DNA of 64,000 nt from assembly GCA_903927295.1 (NCBI GenBank), contig CAIYMN010000301.1, positions 15,857 to 79,856 of the forward strand, read 5' to 3'. The first letter of the stretch is position 1, and the number at the start of each line of letters is the position of its first letter. Source of the stretch: an uncultured beta proteobacterium (GTDB lineage: Bacteria; Pseudomonadota; Gammaproteobacteria; Burkholderiales; Burkholderiaceae_C). The translations under genes and the position numbers were made by a program. Positions 11,010 through 19,758 of the stretch are shown one piece after another. The notes below the pieces were generated by a model. The model saw only the letters and a program-made list of their open reading frames with translations. It did no database searches and was not told the DNA's origin.

Positions 11010-11225
11010 ATGGATCTGATTTCAGTGCTTGCAACGGTCATCCTGATCGTCACCATCGGCACACTGGTCGTTGGTGTCGCGGCCTATGCTGCCTTCAAGT
11101 TGCGCGACAATCGTCGCCCGAAACGCAAGGATCCTAAGGCCGCCGCCGAAGGCGTGCATAAGCCGATATTCCTGAAGCCGTACAGCCCGACCAAGGCGGT
11201 CAAGGATCCGGCCGAAGGGTCATGA
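11010..11225 (+). CDS. small single-pass membrane protein (71 aa)
   Basis: N-terminal hydrophobic helix then basic tail (KLRDNRRPKRK). 1 nt after the GT2 stop, ATGA overlap with the next gene. Confidence 0.75.
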   Translation: MDLISVLATVILIVTIGTLVVGVAAYAAFKLRDNRRPKRKDPKAAAEGVHKPIFLKPYSPTKAVKDPAEGS

Positions 11226-13126
11226 GTCTGAGCGATGCACTGGCCTTTCCTGTGATGCCGCCCGATATTCCAACCAGCTTCGAAACCCGCCGGGCGCACC
11301 GGCGCATCGGGCCGTACCTGGCCTCATTGGTCGTGATTGGTCTGGCCATGACAGTTCTGGTCTATCTGTCCTCAATGCAACTGCTAGGGTGGAAGACGCC
11401 GATACTGAATCTGGGTCGTTTTTCTGCCGCCCCGGCGGCCCTGGGTCTTGGCACTTCGCAGCAGGACGTCATTCTCTACGCCTCACCCAACACCAAGGAA
11501 TATTTCGTCGGCATTGGCGCCAACTATGATCGCTTGCTGACGCCCTGGCGCGGCTATTTCAAGAACCGACACGCGAGCTATCAGGAATTCACTGAAACGT
11601 CGCAGTTGCGCCAGATCAATGCCAGCGTGCTGATACTGCCATCGGCTGTGGCACTGAGCGCGCAGGAGCGAGCTGACATCCTGCAGTTTCGCTCTCGGGG
11701 AGGCGCCATTCTGGCGACCTGGGCCACTGGCACACGCAACGAAAAGGGTGACTGGGATGGTTGGCAATTCCTGGAGACCATCGGAGCAAAGTCGATAGGG
11801 GAAATTGCGCTTGAACCGGTAGCGCGTCACCTGGTTCTGACTGGCGAATCACCGCTCTCGCACAGCCAGCCGGCAGGGCAACGCATTGTGCTGAGCAAGG
11901 TCTCCGAGCGACTTCTGCGCTTGCAGGGCGAAGGCACTGCCGCTCGAATCATGAACTGGGGCCGCATACCAGACCCGGAACGCAAGAGTGAAGGCGCTGT
12001 GATTTTTTCCGAAACCGCAGCACCGGCCGGTCGCAGCGCCTTGTTTGCCTTTGCAGAATCAACCTGGGAATCGGAGCCGGAGCCAATTTACGCGCTGCTA
12101 GACAACACGCTGCAATGGCTCCAGCGCCAGCCAGCCGTCGTGCGCTCGGCCTGGCCCTACGGCAAACATGCCGCGCAAGTCATCGAGATGGACACCGAAG
12201 AGGGCTTTCCCAATGCATTGCGTTTTGCAGCCATGATGCAGGAGATGTCCTACCGTGGAAGCTTTTACATCCTGACCTCAGTCGGGAAACAATATCCGGA
12301 GGTGCTGAGCAGTCTGTCCCGCGATTTCGAGATTGGCTACCACGGTGATATTCACGCCGGGTTCAAAGGTCAATCAGCGCAGCAGCAACAGCAAAGAATA
12401 GACACGATGCGCGCCGAAATGGCGGCTGTCATACCTGAAATCAAGAGTTTCACTGGCTTTCGCGCACCGATCGAGAGCTACGATGGCACGACAGAAGCGC
12501 TGCTGCAAAAAGCAGGTTTGCGCCACCATGTGACTGATCCGAGTCGCACCGAGGCTCGACTCCCCTCTTTCGCCAGGATCGATGGGGTGGCGACACAAGA
12601 CACACTGGTCGTCCTGCCTCGAACGCAGCGTGACGACATCAACCTGGCCAAGGAAAACCTGAGCGTCGAGCAAACACGGCAGGCACTCATCGACGATCTG
12701 GACCTGACGGAGAGCGTGGGGGCACTTGGCCTGCTCAGTGTTCACAGTCAGAATTACGGCACCGACAGTGTGTTGACCCAGGCCATGCCGGCTTATCTGG
12801 CCCACCTGAAACTGCATCGCGACCAATTTTGGCTGGCCTCAGCCGGGCAAGTGGCTGATTGGTGGCGCGAGCGCGAGCGATTTCAATTGTCGGCCAAAGC
12901 CAGAGGCAAGGTTCTCAATTTCGATGTAACCATTACTGGAAAGTCTGCCTTCAGCGGCGCCAGCCTGATCGTCATCCTGTCGAGAAAAGGTGTGCTGCCA
13001 ACCTTGCAGGAGCTCAAGGTTGGCATGCCCAAAGCAAGCATCCGGAGAATTGACGATTACCGGGCAGCGATCGTCTTCGATACGCTCAATCCTGGAAATT
13101 ACGCCTACCAGGCGAGCTTCGAATAG
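11222..13126 (+). CDS. membrane-anchored polysaccharide deacetylase (CE4/NodB-like) with N-terminal alpha/beta domain
   Basis: N-terminal TM anchor. Motifs IEMDTEE, EIGYHGDIH, GFRAP and LSVHSQ correspond to CE4 motifs 1, 2, 3 and 5. Confidence 0.82.
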   Translation: MSLSDALAFPVMPPDIPTSFETRRAHRRIGPYLASLVVIGLAMTVLVYLSSMQLLGWKTPILNLGRFSAAPAALGLGTSQQDVILYASPNTKEYFVGIGANYDRLLTPWRGYFKNRHASYQEFTETSQLRQINASVLILPSAVALSAQERADILQFRSRGGAILATWATGTRNEKGDWDGWQFLETIGAKSIGEIALEPVARHLVLTGESPLSHSQPAGQRIVLSKVSERLLRLQGEGTAARIMNWGRIPDPERKSEGAVIFSETAAPAGRSALFAFAESTWESEPEPIYALLDNTLQWLQRQPAVVRSAWPYGKHAAQVIEMDTEEGFPNALRFAAMMQEMSYRGSFYILTSVGKQYPEVLSSLSRDFEIGYHGDIHAGFKGQSAQQQQQRIDTMRAEMAAVIPEIKSFTGFRAPIESYDGTTEALLQKAGLRHHVTDPSRTEARLPSFARIDGVATQDTLVVLPRTQRDDINLAKENLSVEQTRQALIDDLDLTESVGALGLLSVHSQNYGTDSVLTQAMPAYLAHLKLHRDQFWLASAGQVADWWRERERFQLSAKARGKVLNFDVTITGKSAFSGASLIVILSRKGVLPTLQELKVGMPKASIRRIDDYRAAIVFDTLNPGNYAYQASFE

Positions 13127-13161
13127 CTCTTAGTGGCGCATCCCTGAGTGCAGTCCGGCAA

Positions 13162-13911
13162 TCACTCCGAATCGCTCGCCAGTATCCAGTCCGCCACATA
13201 CTGAATGTCCAGGCTCGCTTTGCAGCCTGGCTCATACTGCAGTACCGGACGCGAGTAAGCCAGCGCTTCTGAAACGGCCGGGTCCCGATGCACCGCCACG
13301 GGCACGATCCGGCCGGGGTAGCTCTCATAGAGGGCGGTGCGCACCCGATGCCCCAACTGGCCCTGCGTCGACATCTGGTTGATCACCAGGCTGACCCCGT
13401 GAAAATCGGGGTGTCCGACGGTGTACTGTTCCACCAGGGAGAGAATCTGCGGCACAGTCGCGAACGAAGCGGCGTCGGCCAGAACGATGGCCAGCGCCCG
13501 CTGTGCCGCGTGGATGGCCTGCTGCAAATAGACTGTCGGGCCGGGTGGCGTGTCAAGGATCACAATATCGAACGCGCCCGTGCCAAGCGAATGAACTCCA
13601 TCGTGCACCCAATACGGATGCGCTTTCAAGGCCGCTTCAAATTCCTGCAGTTCGATGTCCGTGACATTGCCGAACGGGATAAATTTGACATCAAAAGGAC
13701 TGTCAAATATGGATCCTTGGCCTATGCCTTCACGCACCAGGCCACCAAGATCTCCTGGATCCATGCTGAGATGCAAGCGTAGTGCATTTTGCGGGTCAAG
13801 ATCAATCACCAGCACACGCTTGCCGCGTTGTGCAAGTGCAATGGCTGTGTTGGCCGTCAAAGTGGTTTTACCGACACCACCCTTGCCGGAAATAAAGGCA
13901 ATGATCTGCAT
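13162..13911 (-). CDS. bcsQ: cellulose biosynthesis ATPase BcsQ/YhjQ (second copy)
   Basis: [32 protein letters not shown] and [11 protein letters not shown]. Confidence 0.88.
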   Translation of the reverse strand: MQIIAFISGKGGVGKTTLTANTAIALAQRGKRVLVIDLDPQNALRLHLSMDPGDLGGLVREGIGQGSIFDSPFDVKFIPFGNVTDIELQEFEAALKAHPYWVHDGVHSLGTGAFDIVILDTPPGPTVYLQQAIHAAQRALAIVLADAASFATVPQILSLVEQYTVGHPDFHGVSLVINQMSTQGQLGHRVRTALYESYPGRIVPVAVHRDPAVSEALAYSRPVLQYEPGCKASLDIQYVADWILASDSE

Positions 13912-13929
13912 TGTTACGTAGCTCGGTCG

Positions 13930-14385
13930 CTACCGTGCAGCAGGAGGAAGTGGCAAGGTCGAACTGCTGCCCTTGCGCGGCGTAGCCCAAAGCGCCGGCG
14001 GTTCGTTCAACATGGCGGCAGCACGCGGCATGACCATGCGCGGCCTCTCCAGCATTGGGTTGGGAACGCCCGAGTAACTGTCCATCCAGTTTTGCAAATT
14101 GGCAAGATTTTCGCGAATGTCGATGCGGTTGGGCACGAGCTTGACGGCCCGCGTCAACAGGTCAAAGGCCGCCCGGTAATCGCCAGCTGCTGCCCTCGCC
14201 ACTGCAAGGTTGTTCAATGCAACCGGATCAAAGGGGTTCAGACGCAACAAATCACTATAACTCTGCACGGCCGCCGCATTGTCACCCTCGGCCAGGTAAG
14301 CGCGGCCATATTGCATCATGTCGCGCCCATGCGAGGGCAAACTCACCAGGGTCAGCGCCATGACCAACAACAGGAGTCGCTTCAT
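13930..14385 (-). CDS. small secreted TPR protein
   Basis: Signal peptide MKRLLLLVMALTLVSLPSHG, TPR motif VALNNLAVARAAAGDYRAA. Overlaps the bcsC stop by 4 nt. Confidence 0.75.
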   Translation of the reverse strand: MKRLLLLVMALTLVSLPSHGRDMMQYGRAYLAEGDNAAAVQSYSDLLRLNPFDPVALNNLAVARAAAGDYRAAFDLLTRAVKLVPNRIDIRENLANLQNWMDSYSGVPNPMLERPRMVMPRAAAMLNEPPALWATPRKGSSSTLPLPPAAR

Positions 14386-17300
14386 AGCTGATCTCCAAGT
14401 GAAAGCGGGCGCAGCGTGCGCGGCGGGAACTGCACTGGTTGAGGTAGTGCGTCGAAGGCGTAGCGGAGGTAGATCATGCCAGTCTGCTGCGTAAAGTTGT
14501 GGCTGTTGTCAAACGCCAGACGCGCACCAAACGCAAATTTTGGCGTAAGAAGATATTCAAACGAACCGGCCAGGTTGTAGCCCAAACCTGTGCTGCTCTG
14601 GGCCTCATAGAAGGCGTTGTAGGTGGCCAGACTCGGGAGCAGTTTGACCTGATTTTCCCAACTGGCTTGCATGGCAGCGTTCGTCGGGAAGTAAGGTGCT
14701 TGATCCTGGCGGACATAACGCATGCCGATGTCGCCGCCCAATTGGTAGGAAAACCGCCCCTTGCGACCGGCTACGTCCATGGGAATGCCAAAGCTGAAAT
14801 AGTTCTGTGGACTGAAATAACCGCCATTGCCAAGCGTAAAGTTGCTCAGGTTGTCCCGGTACCCGAGTGCCGTCAAGTTGACACCCACTGTCGCGCGTAT
14901 ATCGGGCGTCTGATAAACACGCCAGTAACCGCCAACGCTGGATTCGAACTCGTTGTTGCTCTTGACACCTTGACCGGTCAACCCGGCATAACCAATGGCA
15001 GCATAAAGTCCACCGCTGTCATCGCCATAGCCTGCGTCGATGCGGACGCCGTTCTTGATCACACCGCCCCAGACTTCGCCCGTCCTGGGATCACTTGTGC
15101 CAGCGTAAGACAGCAGACTGTCCGTCACAGCGCGCCGGCTGATGCTGCCGCGCAAAGTGAAGTCGTCGAAACGCTCAGCCAGCGAGGCACCACCCACCAC
15201 GTTGCTTACCTTGAAACCCAGCGGTGTCGTACCGACATCGAGCGCCAGATTCTTGCTGCGATAAGCGGCACTGACGGCAATGCCGCTGGCGTCCTGACTT
15301 GCTGACGGGTAGGGCGAGGTGATGAACGGGCCCAAAGCGTTCGATCCGACCCGGGCAGAAACGTGCGGATCAGCCAGGTTGTAAGACTCTGCGTTGAGCA
15401 ACACCGGCGTCAGACGCAGTGTGGCAGTACCGTCATAGTCGATCGGCATCTTGAGTTCCAGAGGCAGTTCAATCTCGGTCAAACGACTCAGGCCAGCTTC
15501 ACCGGCCAGACTGCGAAATCCTCCACCAAAATCGACGGTCGTGGAAAACTTCAGCTGAATATCGTCAATTTCCTGGGTCATCGTCCGCTCACCTGCTGGC
15601 GTCAAGGCTGGCCTGGCCAGCGGCACCACTGGCGACACCAACGGCGACGAAGCCGCGATCACCGGGAGAACTGGTTCTATAGGGCGATTGACGGGGTTGC
15701 GCGGCACGGCCACGGGCAAATCAAGGTACTCCTGAACCACGCGAGGCGGCGCTTCAACAGCCGAGACTTGCACGGCCGGTGAAAACAATCGCGACGTGGG
15801 GCTCTGCACCCGAGGCTGCGACGGCGGTTGCGGCACAATTTCTTCCCCAGCGCGCAGGCTGCTGCCTGCAGGAACAGGCAGCGCGCTGGAACGCGGCTCG
15901 AAGCGCGGCGCGGGGCTGGAGACGGGCGTCACCGGATTGTTGGGGTCACCGTTTGGCTCGCTGCCAAAAACGGGGAAATTGCTCGTCTTGCGTACGACAC
16001 CAGGCACGGGCAACAAGCCCGAGCGGTTGGCACGCGCAGCGGGTAACACCGATGACAGGGAAGCGCCCGGGCCCGGTATCTCGTCCACCAGGCGCAGCGA
16101 CAGATTGCCGGGCGCCCCCGCGAAGGCGCCCTTTTCGCGCTCCAAAGCCTGGGCATACTGAAAATACTCCATCGCCTTGGCGACATTGCCACGCGCCTTC
16201 TCGGCCCGTCCTGCGGCGGCAAGCGCGCGTGGATGGTCAGGTGCGATTTCAAGCGCAGCCTTGGCATGTCCCAAGCCCTTGTCATAGGCACGCGCACCAA
16301 GCGCGACGCCAGAGGCAAACAAACGATATTCGAGATCGTCCGGAGCGCGAAGAATCACGTTTTCCGTCAACTGCAGCGCCTGCGCCGGCTCACCGCCGGA
16401 GTTGTAGATGCGCGCCAATGCCATGATCAGACGCGGGTCGTCCGATTGCTCAAGCGCCGGGCTGACCACGTTGTACGCCTCAGCCAGACGTCCGGCTTCG
16501 CGCAGCGCATCTGCCTGACGCAAGGTGTACGCCATGATGATTTTGTTGACTTCGTCCTGCTGCGCAGGTGTGAGGCGACCGGATGCAGTCAGATCGCGCA
16601 GAACAGCCGGAAGTTCCGCATCCTGCCTGGCGTTGAGCAGGATCCCGGCATACTGGATGCGCACGGCAACGTTGTCACGTGGCGCGCGGCTGGCAATTTC
16701 ACGCATCACGCGCAATGCCGAGGCCGGCTGTGCCAAATCGTTCCAACCAGCTGCAACAACACCAAGCAACAAGGCATCGGCTGACGCGGCCGCGGCGGTT
16801 TCGGCCTGCGTCATCATCGCGTTGGCCTTCTGCACGCCACCTTCCGCGTAGGTCTGCTGCGCCCGCTGCACCTGCACGTTGACCCAAAAACGACGCTGCT
16901 CCCGCGCCATTTCGGCTGTTCGCAATGCTGCCGGAATGCGTTCGAGGGTCATCAAGCCTTCCCACCAACGTTGCTGATCGGCAAAAAGCAGGGCCCTGGC
17001 GTGCAAGGCCTCGGGCATGTCAGGGCGGGTCTCAAGCAGATTGTCCAGCAGAGCGTTGGCACCACCGGGATCACCCAACTTTTGATACTGGCGCGCCAGA
17101 GCCAGCCTGGCCCACGGATTGAAAGGATCTACCAGCAAAGCGTCTTCAAGCTTCTCGGCTGCAGCTTCGTAATCGCGATTCTGCTCGTCGGCTTCAGCCA
17201 GCTTGAGCATGGCCGAAGCCTTGGCCTGATTCAGGCCGCCAATCTTCAGGGCCGTCTCCTCGTCGAGCGCGGACACCATGGCCATCGCTTCGCCATCCCG

Positions 17301-18590
17301 ACCGGTCTGGGCCAATAACCCGACCAAACCGCGAAACGCGCCAGGATCCAAAGGCGCCTTCCTCAAGACCTGCCGATACAGCGGTTCGGCTTTGGCGAAC
17401 TCGCTTCGTTGTGACAGCAAATCTGCCAGCATCACCTGCCCAGTGGCTTCGGCAACGCCAAGTCTCAAGGCCTGCTGCAACTTGCCTTCAGCCTCAGTCA
17501 ACTTGCCGGCCTCACGCGCATCCATTGCGTCCTGGAGCAGCGCCCAGTAACTGGCGCTATCGCGCGCCTGCTTCCAGCGCGCTGCACTTCGCCTTCCGTA
17601 CTTGACGGACTGATCCAGCAGGCGCGACGCCTCGGCAAACTCTCCTTGGCGCAATCGAATGGTGCCCAGACCACCCAGCGCATCGGCATCTCTCGGATTC
17701 CTGGCCAATACCGCGCGAAAACGCTTTTCTGCTTCCTCGACTTCACCCTTTTCGAGAAGCTTGAAACCAGCCTGCCTGGCGAGTTCCAGCGGGTTCGGCC
17801 TGTAAACAACGGCAGGTCTATCGAGCACACGCAGTCTCTCGATCACTGCCTGATCGGATGGGAAGCGTCCCAGGTAGGACGCAAACAATGCGCGATCTGC
17901 TGCACGCGCGTTGAGCCAGACCAGCGCCTGGCGCCAGGCTTTTTGTGCTTCAGGATCAGTGGGTGCAAGCGTGGCGAGTTGACGTATCCCTTCCCGACGC
18001 GTTGTTTCCCGGTAGGTCAGGTGACGCGCCAATGCCAGCAGGTAACGCGCATCGCCCGGGTTGGCGCGAACCAGTTCTTCCAGGCCACGGCGCGCTTCCT
18101 CCCAACCCTCGCGCGTTGCACCCAGTGTCTGGTAATACTCCAGGCCAAACTGTCCGGCAGGTTTGCTCTGTCCCAGAATTTCACGATAGTTCTTGACTGC
18201 TTCCTGGGCCTGTCCCGCCTGCGCCTGCTGGCGCGCTGCGGACAATTGTGCGACCGGAGCCCGACCCAGTTTAAGTGCGGTCTCGAGTTCACCCAGACCC
18301 GGTGGTGGTGGGGTCAAAGCTGCCGCCCTGGCGTGCAGTTCCTCAGCTTCCTTGAAATGTCCGGCGCGCGCTTCAATCGCACCAAGCTGGATCAATGCCA
18401 TTGGATGATTTGGCACGGCACGCAAGAGTTTTCGCCAGGCGTCAGCAGCCAGGTCTTCACGATTTTTTTGCTGCCAATAGCGTGCCTGGTCAATCAGGCG
18501 CTGAGCCAGCGGATCGTCCGCGGCCCAGCCCAACTGAGCGCAGCTTGACAGAGCGAGAATCAGCCAGGCCAACTTTTTCATCTTGATCAT
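14382..18590 (-). CDS. bcsC: cellulose synthase outer-membrane export protein BcsC
   Basis: Signal peptide, long TPR array, C-terminal barrel with DVGTTPLGF, RRAVTDSLLSYAG and GGYFSPQ. Confidence 0.95.
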   Translation of the reverse strand: MIKMKKLAWLILALSSCAQLGWAADDPLAQRLIDQARYWQQKNREDLAADAWRKLLRAVPNHPMALIQLGAIEARAGHFKEAEELHARAAALTPPPPGLGELETALKLGRAPVAQLSAARQQAQAGQAQEAVKNYREILGQSKPAGQFGLEYYQTLGATREGWEEARRGLEELVRANPGDARYLLALARHLTYRETTRREGIRQLATLAPTDPEAQKAWRQALVWLNARAADRALFASYLGRFPSDQAVIERLRVLDRPAVVYRPNPLELARQAGFKLLEKGEVEEAEKRFRAVLARNPRDADALGGLGTIRLRQGEFAEASRLLDQSVKYGRRSAARWKQARDSASYWALLQDAMDAREAGKLTEAEGKLQQALRLGVAEATGQVMLADLLSQRSEFAKAEPLYRQVLRKAPLDPGAFRGLVGLLAQTGRDGEAMAMVSALDEETALKIGGLNQAKASAMLKLAEADEQNRDYEAAAEKLEDALLVDPFNPWARLALARQYQKLGDPGGANALLDNLLETRPDMPEALHARALLFADQQRWWEGLMTLERIPAALRTAEMAREQRRFWVNVQVQRAQQTYAEGGVQKANAMMTQAETAAAASADALLLGVVAAGWNDLAQPASALRVMREIASRAPRDNVAVRIQYAGILLNARQDAELPAVLRDLTASGRLTPAQQDEVNKIIMAYTLRQADALREAGRLAEAYNVVSPALEQSDDPRLIMALARIYNSGGEPAQALQLTENVILRAPDDLEYRLFASGVALGARAYDKGLGHAKAALEIAPDHPRALAAAGRAEKARGNVAKAMEYFQYAQALEREKGAFAGAPGNLSLRLVDEIPGPGASLSSVLPAARANRSGLLPVPGVVRKTSNFPVFGSEPNGDPNNPVTPVSSPAPRFEPRSSALPVPAGSSLRAGEEIVPQPPSQPRVQSPTSRLFSPAVQVSAVEAPPRVVQEYLDLPVAVPRNPVNRPIEPVLPVIAASSPLVSPVVPLARPALTPAGERTMTQEIDDIQLKFSTTVDFGGGFRSLAGEAGLSRLTEIELPLELKMPIDYDGTATLRLTPVLLNAESYNLADPHVSARVGSNALGPFITSPYPSASQDASGIAVSAAYRSKNLALDVGTTPLGFKVSNVVGGASLAERFDDFTLRGSISRRAVTDSLLSYAGTSDPRTGEVWGGVIKNGVRIDAGYGDDSGGLYAAIGYAGLTGQGVKSNNEFESSVGGYWRVYQTPDIRATVGVNLTALGYRDNLSNFTLGNGGYFSPQNYFSFGIPMDVAGRKGRFSYQLGGDIGMRYVRQDQAPYFPTNAAMQASWENQVKLLPSLATYNAFYEAQSSTGLGYNLAGSFEYLLTPKFAFGARLAFDNSHNFTQQTGMIYLRYAFDALPQPVQFPPRTLRPLSLGDQL

Positions 18591-19732
18591 TTTTTAAATG
18601 TTGCCATCCTCTGCACCACAAGACGTCCATTCCCCTCGAAACGGTAGCGTTTGTCCATCCAGCCCAACGCAAAAAGGGCGAGCGCCTGCTCGTAGTAGAC
18701 GCCGGGAATTCCGCCCATCGCCGTGATTCTCGCACGTTGTTGATCGGTTGCCGTTCTGGCCCCCACCGCATCCAGAAACGGCAATAGCGCAGCAGAAAAA
18801 CCGGCCGGCCCGGAACCCTCACCACGCCCAGTGCTGGCGTCAACTTTTTCCGGCGGAACCAATTGCCGCTCAACCAGTACCTGCATGCCCTTCAAACGCG
18901 CCAGTACACGCAATCGATCCGGATCCTGATGCGGCATAAAACCGGCCCAGAGGTATGTCCGGATGGCGTCGTAGGCACCAGTCTGCCCGACCTTGGCATC
19001 CAGTCGAAATCCAGTGTCAGGTCGAACCACAACCCAGTCCGATACAAGTCGCTGCGGCGTCACTGAGTCCAGCATCAGCAACGTGCTTTTGCGCAAGGCG
19101 CGCCACGGACCGTTGGGTGCTTCCAGCGCCAGGCCTTGCAATAGCGGCAATGGCAGATAACTTGGGTTGAGCTTCCAGGCACCATTCTCCAGCGCGAAGC
19201 CCTGCGAGCCCGGCAACAGCACTGGCCCGACGCCAGGAACCTGCACGATCAACTCCTTGGCAAGCCTCTGCTGGATCATTTCTGCCGTGGCCCGCAAGAC
19301 TGCGTCGTGCCACAGGTGTCCGGCCTGAAACAGCGTGTAGCTCAGCCACAGATCAGCATCACTGGCGGCATTGGTGTCCATGACGCCCCAGGTGCTGTCC
19401 GGCTTTTGCCCCCACTTCCATGCCATCAGTCGGGCGGTCAGGTCGCCGCCCGCCAGATTGGTCCGGGTCCAGCTCAACACCCGGTCGAAGGTGGCGCGAT
19501 CGTTTGCCACCAAAGCAAAAAACAGGGTGTAGGCTTGCCCCTCGGAAGTGGAGTGGCCGCCCGCCGCAAAGTCGATGACCCTGCCGTCAGCCTGGATGAA
19601 TCGGTCCCTGAAAGCGTCCCAGGCCGGCCAGCTTTCCGTCAGGGAGTTGTTCGGTGTAGCGGCCAGCAGCGTCGGCGTGGCGGCGCACATAAGCGCCGCT
19701 GCGCTGGAGATGATACTTCGGCGCGAATACAT
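18587..19732 (-). CDS. bcsZ: endoglucanase BcsZ (GH8)
   Basis: TSEGQAY, NAASDADLW and YDAIRTYLW. Start moved to ATG 19732 (MYSRRSII...) because the longer ORF overlaps bcsB. Confidence 0.93.
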   Translation of the reverse strand: MYSRRSIISSAAALMCAATPTLLAATPNNSLTESWPAWDAFRDRFIQADGRVIDFAAGGHSTSEGQAYTLFFALVANDRATFDRVLSWTRTNLAGGDLTARLMAWKWGQKPDSTWGVMDTNAASDADLWLSYTLFQAGHLWHDAVLRATAEMIQQRLAKELIVQVPGVGPVLLPGSQGFALENGAWKLNPSYLPLPLLQGLALEAPNGPWRALRKSTLLMLDSVTPQRLVSDWVVVRPDTGFRLDAKVGQTGAYDAIRTYLWAGFMPHQDPDRLRVLARLKGMQVLVERQLVPPEKVDASTGRGEGSGPAGFSAALLPFLDAVGARTATDQQRARITAMGGIPGVYYEQALALFALGWMDKRYRFEGNGRLVVQRMATFKK

Positions 19733-19758
19733 ACCGGTCTGCTTCCAATCCAACTTGC

